This document shows positions 52,833 through 64,000 of a stretch of DNA of 64,000 nt, one piece after another. Location: the NCBI RefSeq assembly GCF_006345805.1, contig NC_043017.1:30318001-30382000 (forward strand), given 5' to 3'. The notes below the pieces were generated by a model, which was given only the letters and a program-made list of their open reading frames with translations, had not been told where the DNA came from and did no database searches. How positions within the stretch are numbered: the stretch's first letter is position 1; each line of letters opens with the position of its first letter. Made by a program: the position numbers and the translations under genes. The DNA comes from Octopus sinensis. Its lineage: Eukaryota.

Positions 52833-54517
52833 TATGTTTGACTGTTGCTTTGAAATTCTACAAGTTGGCTCCAAGTTTCACCCAGAGACCTCAAGAGACA
52901 GCAAGTTCAATTTGATGTTATGACTAGAGTGTCATATATTTGGTTTTGTACATCGTATTGTTCTAGAGAATGTTTAAGTAAACATAAGATGTAAGTAAAC
53001 ATAAGAAGTAAGTAAATCTAAGAAGTTTATTTTGAAATTTGAGTTAACACAGACAGTATTTTACGTAGAATATGGACAGTTCCGATGAGCACTAAATTTT
53101 GAATTTCTGCCATTCTGGGGGTTCCTGGTATCTGAGCTAGGTAACAGTCAGTCTTTTTTGCTACCATTCCTTTATGACGTTCTGCTGGTCAGGTTTAACT
53201 TTGGAGAATTTTCCTAGCCTCCGACTCTGCCACTCTCTGCCGTTTGTTCCCGTACCGTCTTGCCTCTCGCTAACTCCCACTTTTCGCACAGCTTCCAATA
53301 TAACACTTTCATTACTTGGTCCTGTCACCACAACTTGAGCAAGTCTAGAGTATTCGTTTGTCATCTGGGCAATGGTTTCATCCACTTTGTTGCAGATGTG
53401 TCACAGCGGACACAATTGGTCATACCTCAGGTTGACCCTCCAATTCATGACCAGAGATTGGTCCTGCACTACCAGTATAGTGCTTTCGGTACCTTTTTTA
53501 AGGTCCCTTTCATCAGCCAATTCCACCTATTTATTACAGCAACTTCTCTTGTGGCTACATGAACTTTATTGTGTATTCCGTTCATGTGTAATTCTTCTTC
53601 AAGTACTTTTTGTATTCTTTTGTTTTCTTTGTTTTCTTTGCACTCAATGCTCCTTCGTTCCTAAATGTCTCTAACAAGGTTTCCTTACTTTGGGCTAGGG
53701 ATCTAATTAAACTCTCGAGTTCGATACGTACGCAGTCTCCCACATTTATCAATCCCCTTCCTACATTTGCTCTCTTCATGTACAGGGGATCAGTGTCTGC
53801 ACGTGGATGATGGGCTCCATGCATTCGTAGAATACTTTTTATCTTACTGTCCAGCCACTTTAGCTCCTCCTCTGTCCACTTGAGAATTCCAGAGCCATAC
53901 CGAATTACTGCGACTGCGCCTGACTTTAATGCCGAAATTTTTTTTCTGGCATTTAGCTTCGAAGCTAATATTTTTCTCAATCGCCGCAGGTAGAGTATTT
54001 TTCTTTTGTCTTTTCCTTCATGTCATGCCGTTTGATTCTATCTGTCTCAAGTATTCCCAGATATTCTTAGCTATCTGAACTCTCCTAATCATTTCACCAA
54101 TTGGTAGCCATGTAACTGATGTCCTGACAAACTATCCTCATCTCTTCGCCATCGCAGCACATTTTGGGAGTCCAAACTCCATCTTAATATAACTGGAGAA
54201 AATCCGCAGGCTGGACCTGGCTGCCCAGTTCTGCCTCAGTTTTTGTGAACAGTTGCAGGTCGTCCATGAATAGCAAGTAGTTTAGTTTTCCCTTATCTTT
54301 TCCTAGATCATACCCCAACTATGTCTTCTGTAGTATTTCACTCAACGGCGTTATTCCCAGCACGAATATGAATGGGGACACACTGTCCTTCTGGAAAATT
54401 CTTCTCTTGATTTCCACCTCAACTAGTCCGTGCTTTCCTGCTGTCAATTCCATTCTCCAGTATTTCATGCTATTCCATATAAAGTTTCGCATATTCTCTG
54501 CTACTCCATAAATATCT
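52833..54517 (-). mobile_element. 5'-truncated R4/Dong-like non-LTR retrotransposon, decayed
   Basis: IKRRIFQKDSVSPFIFVLGITPLS (QGD.LSP-like); KLNYLLFMDDLQLF (YMDD-like); RKILASKLN..AVAVIRYGSGILKW..HGAHHPRADTDPLYMKRANVGRGL; DETIAQMTNEYSRLAQ (decayed CCHC region); IQNLVLIGTVHILRK. (TAA)n at both ends. Confidence 0.9.
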
Positions 54518-54547
54518 GTTATTATTATTATCATTATTATTATTATT

Positions 54548-55133
54548 GAGTGACAGAGCAGTGCATGCCATCAAAGTAACACTGGGGTACAATATACGAA
54601 GCCCAATATACCCATCATGACTACCCGTCTGATAAGGGTACACTAGGCACTTGCATCACAAATATATATGCGCGACATGATGATCCCATATCAAGATAAA
54701 CAACACATGACCTTACAAGTAGGACCAGTTAGAATTTACTTCTGGTCGAGTAGCTCATCCCGCTAAAAAGGTCCATGAATACGAGTTGTTTAAGGATGTT
54801 GGACGAAACACCCATGTTTTCAGAGGCGAATTATTCAAAACCCAAAGAATCCCTCCCAACACATGGCTATGATGCCACCCCACTACTTCAGCTTGTGAAC
54901 AGAGATGCACATATCGCCAGCCACTAAGGGATATAGTCAACTGGTTAAGGTAAAAAAAAACCTGACAAGCTAATCTGTGGTATTGAGCAGAATATTTGCT
55001 GTAGCCTATCTTTTATACCAAGACAAAGCAATGTACATGATAACACTACCAATCAGTGAAGATCAGAAACTAGGAGAGCCACTGCCTGGAGCTGCACCAA
55101 GGCATAGCCACTGCCTGGAACTGTATCAGCGTA
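54548..55133 (-). mobile_element. Non-coding (TAA)n-tailed retroposon, family D
   Basis: gcagtgcatgccatcaaagtaacactgggg..gtctgataagggtacactaggcacttgcatcaca is repeated from 55167; both copies abut (ATT)n. Confidence 0.75.
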
Positions 55134-55166
55134 TTTATTATCATCATCATCATTATTATTATTATT

Positions 55167-55428
55167 GAGAGAAAGAGGGCAGTGCATGCCATCAAGGTGA
55201 CACTGGGGTAAAATAAACGAAGCCCAGTATACTCATTATGACTAACCGTCTGATAAGGGTACACTAGGCACTTGCATCACAAACTTATGTGCGTAACATG
55301 GTGATCTAATATCAAAATAAACAGCGCGAGAACGTAGAGATATAAACCTGTTAGTATTTTCTTCACGTCGAGTAGCCCTTCCCAATCAAAAGGCCCCTCA
55401 ATAAGGGTAGTATAAGGACGATGAACAA
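55167..55428 (-). mobile_element. Family D retroposon, truncated second copy
   Basis: Aligns to 54548-54805. Confidence 0.75.
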
Positions 55429-55446
55429 TATATATATATGTATACG

Positions 55447-55495
<49 letters not shown>

Positions 55496-55502
55496 TATAT
55501 AT

Positions 55503-55909
55503 ACTCTTTACTCTTTTACTTGTTTCAGTCATTTGACTGTGGCCATGCTGGAGCACCGCCTTTATTCGAGCAACTCGACCCCGGGACTTATTCTTTTGTA
55601 AGCCCAGTACTTATTCTATCGGTCTCTTTTGCCGAACCGCTAAGTGACGGGGACGTAAACACACCAGCATCGGTTGTCAAGCGATGGTGGGGAGACAAAC
55701 ATATACACACAAACATATACACACATACATATATATATATATACATATATACGACGGGCTTCTTTCAGTTTCCGTCTACCAAATCCACTCACAAGGCTTT
55801 GGTCGGCCCGAGGCTATATTAGAAGACACTTGCCCAAGGTTCCACACAGTGGGACTGAACCCGGAACCATGTGGTTGGTAAAGAAGCTACTTACCACACA
55901 GCCACTCCT
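55503..55909 (-). mobile_element. SINE family A, near consensus
   Basis: Complete head, internal microsatellite and tail. Confidence 0.93.
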
Positions 55910-56802
55910 GAACATATGCATGTATACGTAAGCACGAGAGCTATTGCTGACTTTTCGTCAATAAATTACCATTCCTACACTTCTTCCATGAGAAATTATA
56001 TCAGAATCGACTTGATCAAGGTGTTGTGCGATTGACCCATGAATCCTAAAGTAGCAAAACGAAAAACCTAATCACACGGCAGTGCTTGCACCATTTCGTC
56101 CGTTTAATAAATGTATACCGTATTGTATTTTTTTAAATTTCATATTTATGTACATCATGTGAAGCAGCGGCAATTCTTGTAGAAATCCTTTTCAAAGAGG
56201 TGAGAGAAATTCCTTTCTATAATTTATATTCAATAATTATAGAGTTAGGGGTCCACACTGCACTTAGAAAGAGGGTACTTAATAAGTGATGATGTTGATT
56301 ATATTCATCCCCATGTTAGCTTACAATCGATATTTTATGATAAAAGAAGTATGATCAAAAACCGCTGATCAAAGACTTTTGTTCAAAATGCTATGATGAA
56401 AGACTTATGATCAAAAATGTTCCTGCCATCATCACAGCGACTGGTTTCCAGGCAAAAGAGTCAAGGACAGCGTCATCCAATTTATGAAATAGGTTTAGTT
56501 GATACTGTACAGTATTATATATACAACGTTGGCATAGATACGCTCTAGTTATGGGGGTTTTGTAGACAAGAATACAGAGCTAGCGATTTCAAAGATCTGC
56601 AATGTGGGTTGTGTGATTTTATGTGCACTGAGAGAAAGAACTGAAATACTCAAGATATTATTTAAATAATTAAAAATGTATTCAAATAAATTGTTAATTA
56701 AATGCAAACAGGGGACACGTTTGCTTTGGGAGGTAATTCAGTTGCAGCAATTCACCAATAATGATGCAGACATATATATATTATATATATATATATATAT
56801 TA

Positions 56803-57104
56803 TGTGAAATAGAAAGATGAATAATCTTGTAGTAGATTAATCAAAAGTTTAACCGATACCTTAGTAGCAAAAATCACAGCAGTAAACAGCACGGTTGGAG
56901 GTACAACCATCTGGCGTTGCAACCGTGCGTTGGTGCGGATAATTGAAATTAAAACATTATTGGTGAATTGAAGAAAGACACAATATGGTCCCATTATTCA
57001 ATCGGATTTTGGTAATTTGTGCCTTTCGAAACACGTGTAGAATGAAATAAAACAATTTCTGTTCAATCTGCGTTCAGCTCCATTTCTTCAATTCACCAAT
57101 AATG
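56803..57104. mobile_element. Collapsed copy of the 41.7-kb palindromic HHR element
   Basis: 56803-56976 matches the reverse complement of ~42150-42322; 56970-57104 matches ~42034-42170 directly. Residual 22-bp inverted repeat at 56955-56976 and 57083-57104; (TA)n flanks. Confidence 0.85.
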
Positions 57105-57137
<33 letters not shown>

Positions 57138-58000
57138 ATATATATACGCATATACATATATACACACATATATATACACATAAACACATATACAGAAATA
57201 CAATTAGAGGCTTCCAAATAAGAAAGCCTTGTGCTAGAAAGAGCAGTAGAAAACTTAAAACCACCATAACGAGTGGGGACCCTCGTCGTTGCAAACGACA
57301 GAGTACTCGTTTTGAGCTTTCTACTGCTCTTTCCTATTTGGAATCCCCTTATTATATTTCTATGTGAATAATATATAGTCTAATGACTAATTCGTTTTGT
57401 GCTAGGCCACTAGTAATAATAATTTCTTATTACCTTATTGTTATATATATATATATATATATATATGTAATTGAATATAAAATCTTGAATTATTGTATAT
57501 GATAGAACGTGAAATCTTAAATTATTGAAATTATCTGCATCTGAAGAGAGGTTAATCGAATGCCTCAAGCCAAGTCAGTTCAAATAAACATGGAAAGCGA
57601 ACGTAATCTATACAGTGAAACATTCTTTAACATTGACACGGCGCTCAACAATACTGAGTGTGAAGATCTGAGGACAGGAGGAAATATGTAGTCACAAGTC
57701 ACTGCCTACAATTCAGCGAATAAGATACTTTAACATATTCATGTTTAGGAATCATTTCATGTAACATCTTCAAAGGTTTCTATTTTAAATCTTCGCACCA
57801 AAAATTTGTAGTAGTTTTACATACACCGTTGTCGTTAACACTATATACCCACACTCAAAAAACACATACACACATAGTGATTTCTACTATATATATGTAT
57901 ATATATATATATATATATATGCACATATATATATGTTTATATATGCACATATATATATATGTTTATATATGCACATATATATGTATAGATATGTACAAAC

Positions 58001-58033
<33 letters not shown>

Positions 58034-58145
58034 AATATATATATATGTACATATATATACATATTTACATAAGTATTTGTGTATATATATATGTGTGCAT
58101 ATGTGTTTATACATGTGTGTCAATGAGCGTGCGCGTCATTTGTCC

Positions 58146-58193
<48 letters not shown>

Positions 58194-58198
58194 TTGAA

Positions 58199-58520
58199 GC
58201 CGCGTGGCTTAGTGGTTAGGGGAATTCGGCTTATGATCGTAGGGTCGTGAGTTCAATTCCTGGCGGCGCGTTCTGTCCTTGAGCAAGACACTATTTCACG
58301 TTGCACCAGTCCACTCAGCTGGCCAAAAAAGAAAAGAGTAATACATGTATTTCACACGGTGAGCCTTGTCACACGCTGCGTCACGCTGAATCTCCCCGAG
58401 AACTACGTTAAGGGTTACACGTGTTTGTGGAGTGCTCAGCCGCTTGCAAGTTAATTTCACGAGCAAAGCTCCTCCGTTGATCGTATCGGCTGGGACCCTC
58501 GTCGTCGCAACCGACGAAGT
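58199..58520 (+). mobile_element. tRNA-headed SINE, family C
   Basis: A box TGGCTTAGTGG, B box GAGTTCAATTCC, then TGTCCTTGAGCAAGACAC core-like motif. Confidence 0.88.
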
Positions 58521-58523
58521 ACT

Positions 58524-58569
<46 letters not shown>

Positions 58570-58678
58570 ATGGTAATTTTGAGTGCCATTCCTTCGTTTA
58601 TCCACACACGCGTGTGTGTGTGTGTGTGTGTGTGTTGTGTGTGTGTGTGTGCATATATATATTATATATATAAATAAA

Positions 58679-58890
58679 GGCGGTGAGCTGGCAGAAACGT
58701 TAGCAAGCCGGGCGAAATGCGTAGCCGTATTTCGTCTGCCGTTACGTTCTGAGTTCAAATTCCGCCGAGGTCGACTTTGCCTTTCATCCTTTCGGTGTCG
58801 ATAAATTAAGTACCAGTTCACTGGAGTCGATATAATCGACTTAATCCGTTTGTCTGTCCTTGTTTGACGCCTTGTGGGTAGTAAAAAAAT
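58679..58890 (+). mobile_element. SINE family B
   Basis: Near consensus. Confidence 0.92.
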
Positions 58891-58902
58891 ATATATATAT
58901 TG

Positions 58903-59250
58903 GCTGTGTGATGAGTAGCTTGTTTACCAAGCACATGGTTCCGGGTTCTGTCCCACTGCATGGCACTTTGGGCAAGTGTCTTCTACTATAGCCTCGGGCC
59001 GACCAAAACCTGGTGAGTGGATTTGGAAGGCGGAAACTGAAAGAAACCCGTCGTATGTTTGTCCCCCCCCCCCAACATCGCTTGACGACCGATGCTGGTG
59101 TGTTTACGTCCCGTAACCTGGCAGTTCGGCAATAGAGACCGATAGAATAAGTATTAGGCTTACAAAGAATAAGTCCTGGGGTCGATTTGCTCGACTAAAG
59201 TTGGTGCTCCAGCATGGCCGCAGTCAAATGGCTGAAACAAGTAAAGAGAG
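58903..59250 (+). mobile_element. SINE family A lacking the internal microsatellite
   Basis: ..aagaaacccgtcgtatgtttgtcccc.. joins the two halves directly. Confidence 0.9.
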
Positions 59251-59260
59251 GAAAGAAAAG

Positions 59261-59298
<38 letters not shown>

Positions 59299-59689
59299 GT
59301 TTCAAGCAGGAATATTGAGGTTGGAGGGCGGATTTCTTCTCCACTCAGACATTAATGCGCCTTCGGTTCCTACACGCACATAAATGCATAAGATTTAAAG
59401 AAATATATCTTGTTCTCAAGTCGTTCTTTCGAAAATAAAAGAAAAAAAAAGTTGAATATTATTTTATAAAAATGTTTATTGTATATATAAACTATAACAC
59501 TTATGTAATAAATAACATGATTCTTTGCATCGGATGATCGTTCAACTGAAGTTTATGTTTATTGCTTCTAGAAAACTGTAAAATTCCATCATACACTTAT
59601 TTATCGTAAGCTATAAACATTTCAGCCAATATATATACTCATACGTATATACATAACCGATATATACCTATATCATTATAAGTATACAC

Positions 59690-59861
59690 AAACGTGAACA
59701 CACACACAGGCTTTCTCTCACTCTCTCATACACACGCAGACACACACACACACACACACATCTATCTTTCGAATATATCTCACACTATCTCTTTCTCTCT
59801 GTATGTATATATATATAAGTGTGTGTGTGTGTTTTATATATATTTATATAGATGTTTACAA

Positions 59862-59896
<35 letters not shown>

Positions 59897-60109
59897 ATAT
59901 ATATATTTATATATGCATATGTATGTATATATATATGTGCATGTCTGTATATATATATATATATGTATGTATATATATATATGTGCATGTCTGTATATAT
60001 ATATATATATATGTGTATATATCTATATATATTTATATAGATGTTTACAAATATATATATATATGTATATATATATGTATGTATATATATATATATGCAT
60101 ATATATATG

Positions 60110-60140
<31 letters not shown>

Positions 60141-60163
60141 GCATATGTATGTATATATATATG

Positions 60164-60207
<44 letters not shown>

Positions 60208-61480
60208 CATGTCTGTATATATATATATATATGCATATATATATGTATATATGTGTGTGTGTTTAAAGACATGTGTTCGTGTGTGTGGGCCAGCGGTTTC
60301 TCTCCATATGTTTTCCGTTCATCCATAGAAAAATTAAATTTGACGTTTTTATTATCATGATTGATAAATTTATTTGGTCCCTCATTGTTGATTTTAATTT
60401 TTATCTTAATAGCCAATACTTCTGTAACTCAGCTGCTGCACACAAACACAGACACTTCTGGGGAAACAATATACACACAGCAAATTCAGACATGCAAGCG
60501 CAATAATTGAAATTTCTTCGCTTCTGATATGTATATATATATAGAGTCTGAGAGAGAAATAGATAGATAAATGCCCATATACATGTGTCTGTGTGTGTAT
60601 AGATATGCATACACATATATAAACAGATAGATAGATAAATAGGTAGGTAGGTAGATAGATAGATAGATAGGTAGGTAGGTAGATAGATAGATAGGTAGGT
60701 AGGTAGATAGATAGGTAGGTAAATAGGTAGGTAGATAGATAGATAGGTAGATAGATAGATAGATAGGTAGATAGATAGATAGATAGATAGGTAGGTAGAT
60801 AGATAGATAGATAGATAGGTAGATAGATAGATAGATAGGTAGGTAGACAGATAGATAGATAGGTATGTTTATAGAAGAGCTATACCCCTAATGACTAAGT
60901 ATTTTCACTGAGCGTCATGCTAATACCTTTCTTGTGCACATCTGTATTGTTTGTTTATTCGTAAACTCACTCATATACATAAATAAATATATATATATAT
61001 ATATATATAAAAATGTACAAATATATATATATCTATATATGTGTATGTGTGTATATATATATATATGTGTATGTATGTATTTATATATATGTGTATGTAT
61101 GTATATATATGTGTATGCATGTATATATATGTGTATGCATGTATATATATGTGTATGCATGTATATATATGTGTATGCATGTATATATATAATATATATA
61201 TTATATATATATATGTGTGTGTGTGTATATATATAAAAATAAATATATATATACATATTTATGTACATAAAAATGTACAAATATATATATCTATCTATGT
61301 GTTTTTGTATATATGTATATAGTGTATATATATATGGTGTATGTATATATATATATGTGATATATATATGTATATATATATGTGATATATATATATATAT
61401 GTGATATTTATATATATGTGATATATATATGTGATATATATATGTATATATGTATGTATGTATGTATGTATATATATACA
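59690..61480. repeat. Cluster of (TA)n/(TATG)n and (TAGA/TAGG)n microsatellites
   Basis: Tracts at 59800-60262, 60620-60865 and 60970-61480. Confidence 0.9.
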
Positions 61481-61863
61481 TTTACTTCCTGTTAAAAAGA
61501 GGAAAGCAAAATCGAACTGAGGTGAGTTCAGAATGCAGCAACGGCATCCCATGAATCTCACAAAGTACGAGAGAGATATGCATACGGATCGAATCGTTCA
61601 CCACCTCTCTTTGAACAATCGTGGACTGGACATGAAATTCTTTCGGTATTATAACTTGTGTTACATAATTTCATCTTTCACTATTAATTCACTGATTGTG
61701 CAATTTCTGTTGTTGCTTTCAGAAGTTCGCCTCTTTTATATATAAGAATGTGCCTGATCGTATCAATAAATATATATATGTGCAAGTGTACAGATTAAAG
61801 AGAGCCCTTCAACCAGTTTATTGGGAATTACATGCATGAATCAAAGCAGTTTGATTCGAATTC

Positions 61864-61910
61864 AATGTTACCCTTGGGTTTCGAGCACGACGTGCTTGTC
61901 GTCAGCCATC
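61864..61910 (-). ncRNA. Type I hammerhead-like motif
   Basis: Minus strand: gatgg-CTGACGA-ca-agcac gtc gtgct-c-GAAA-ccc aa ggg-TA-acatt. Canonical core, GUA triplet, one mismatch each at the bases of stems I and II. Confidence 0.6.
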
Positions 61911-62239
61911 TTGAATTTGAATGGCAGAAGGTGAATAATATATGTGTAACTGTTAGTTACCCATATATAATGAGAAACATAGGAGGGCGCACACCCTTAG
62001 AAAAAGCGACAGATGCAATATAATGAGATTGGTAACACAATAAGTAGTATTATGACCATGATATCATCAAACTTGAAATGTCACGTTCAGGAATCATCCG
62101 GACAGTAAAAGAATGAAACTTTAAAATAATCAAACATCGCCGTTTGAAAGCTGCCATATTTAGTTGCTACAATTCGTTTTGTTTCTCTTACTTCTTAAGA
62201 GAAAGAAGGAACGATCGCACTCTTCGAAATAGTAGACCG

Positions 62240-62560
62240 GACAAGGTAGTGTATGGAAGATCTGTAGTAACCCATGCATTCCAGCTTCCCCTTTCTACAA
62301 CACCGATATTATCCAAGGGAAAGCTAAAATCCGATACAACTTGGCAATAGTGAAGTCACAAATCATATATACAGTTAAGTGAACTGGAGCAACATGAAAT
62401 AAAGTGTCTTGCTCAAGAAGACACTTCACAGCCATGACTTGAAACGTCACTTGTGTCGAGTTGAATCGGATTTTTTCTTACTCTTGGATAAAATCGATGC
62501 CTTGGAGAAGATAGGTTGGTATGCATGGGTGACAGCTGGCCTTCCATGAACCTTTTTCCA
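62240..62560. mobile_element. Two diverged, oppositely oriented fragments of a family C-related SINE
   Basis: gtgaactggagcaacatgaaataaagtgtcttgctcaag is the reverse complement of the family C core; 62445-62550 is an inverted relative of 62250-62358. Confidence 0.6.
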
Positions 62561-63631
62561 GACTTGTGCTTCAGAGGGTCGCATTCTAGGTTCAATCCCA
62601 TGGTCCATTCCTGACCAAAGGGCGATCTTTACATCGTAACATTCGATGAGCCACACATGAATGACCTCAATAAGTAAAGCTGATGCTTCAGTGCCAAAAC
62701 AAGGAAAATTTAAAGCTAACAAAATATTCCATATACAGAGCAAACCAAATTTTAAAGCAAGGATATATAAAATGAAACAACAAGAATACAGGCACAATGC
62801 GAGATTTCATATAATGATATTCTCCGGCAAAATAAAATTTTAAAAAATAAATGCTATCTCTGTATGATATCTATTCTTATAATTTATACTTATATATCAA
62901 ATTACTTAAGTATCCGCTTCTTGCCAACTTTATTACCTATTTTAGTATCTATTCCAATTTTAGTATCTGTTCCAACATTTTTTCCCACTCAGTATGTTCC
63001 ATTCATTTTAAACTATCGTATTCATTTAATCTCGTTCATTTTCGTTTATGCACATTTACAATTATTTATAGCCATTTATGTTACATGATTATATATACAG
63101 TATAAATTTATTTCTCGCATTCACAGTCTACATTGCTTGTTGCACATTAGTCATAAACATTGCGTATTTCTTACTAGTACGGATGCATCTACTTCACTAT
63201 TCACACAACATTCTACGCTGTGTATTCTATGAAATGGCCTAATGAAATCACACTAAAATTATATTGCACAGCTACATAATTTTCTGTGGATCATATGTTT
63301 GCTATACTTCGACCGTTCTCACACAAGCACCACACACTCTTTAATGACTTTTTCAGTAACCTTTACAGGAACTTTGATACTGGAAATGGAAATGAAGAAA
63401 ACAGCATTCAAGAGTTCTTCCTGAACAGCCGCTTCCGCCTTTATATACTAACAGACGGTTGTACTATACAATGAAGAGTGCAGCAGGAAATAATTACATA
63501 TGGTGTTATCTTCAAGTCGTGATCTCCACTCTGGCAACTAAGTGGTTAACTCTATAATTTCCCAAGGACTAAGCAGAGGTTGAAACCATGCGACATATGT
63601 GTGGTTCCCTCTGTTAGGAATATCGCAACTT

Positions 63632-64000
63632 GGATCTTTTCCTTTTGAATGGCAGATGTCAACAGAATTTCTAGTTGACTAAACACTTTTAAACTTCGTA
63701 TACTGGTAGAATGTGTTTATGAAACATCATTTTTTCTTGGCTTTATTGAGAAAATTCTATATGTTGTAACATATTTCCACTTTAAAATCGAGCATTTTGG
63801 CAATTTTAACCAATCGCTCACCTCCATTTGGGGTGAAACGATTCCGTGCTCTATGAATATGCCCCTCGTTTAAGAAACAGATTAGGTTTATTTACATTTG
63901 CGACGAAAAAAAATACCCTTAACCCACCCCTAACCCTAAAATAGATTGAAATTCAATAGATCGATACCAGGGCCATAATTATAGGTGACATTTTCATTTG
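63632..64000. mobile_element. MITE, second copy of the 47615 family, inverted, cut by the window edge
   Basis: TIR ggatcttttccttttgaatggcag; cccctaaccctaaaatagattgaaattcaatagatcgatac is the reverse complement of ~47688-47728. Confidence 0.85.

Noticed and set aside
52433-52915. Poly-Asn, poly-Ile and poly-Leu ORFs
   Set aside because: (ATT)n microsatellite at a LINE 3' end.
57538-57570. CTGAAGA-gagg..cctc partial hammerhead (similar cases at 15511 and 51643)
   Set aside because: GAAA, stem III or the cleavage triplet is missing; cannot be supported.
58199-58270. tRNA gene
   Set aside because: The tRNA-like head continues into a SINE body repeated at 40688; no clean cloverleaf or terminator.

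Overview
AT-rich, microsatellite-dense eukaryotic DNA with no convincing host protein-coding gene. Nearly all ORFs in the supplied track are translations of simple repeats. The repeat families and (TA)n/(TAGA)n/(TG)n density suggest an octopus (coleoid cephalopod) intronic or intergenic region; this is an inference. The window holds about 25 copies of three tRNA-headed SINE families, a (TAA)n-tailed retroposon, three decayed mariner transposons, RTE-, CR1/L2- and R4/Dong-like LINE remnants, two Helitron-like elements, a MITE family, and a Penelope-like element (PLE) ORF remnant. The main signal is a set of at least 10 hammerhead-ribozyme (HHR) motifs from several families. Most have a self-complementary stem III, several have very long stem II hairpins (54-85 nt), and three have a CCG(A/C)NGA core variant. 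Two families sit in long near-perfect DNA palindromes (475-bp and ~208-bp arms) embedded in (TA)n, with one outward-facing ribozyme per arm and a ~160-170 bp one-sided tail. A third copy appears to have collapsed by microhomology deletion. All structures were read by eye; no folding or database search was run.
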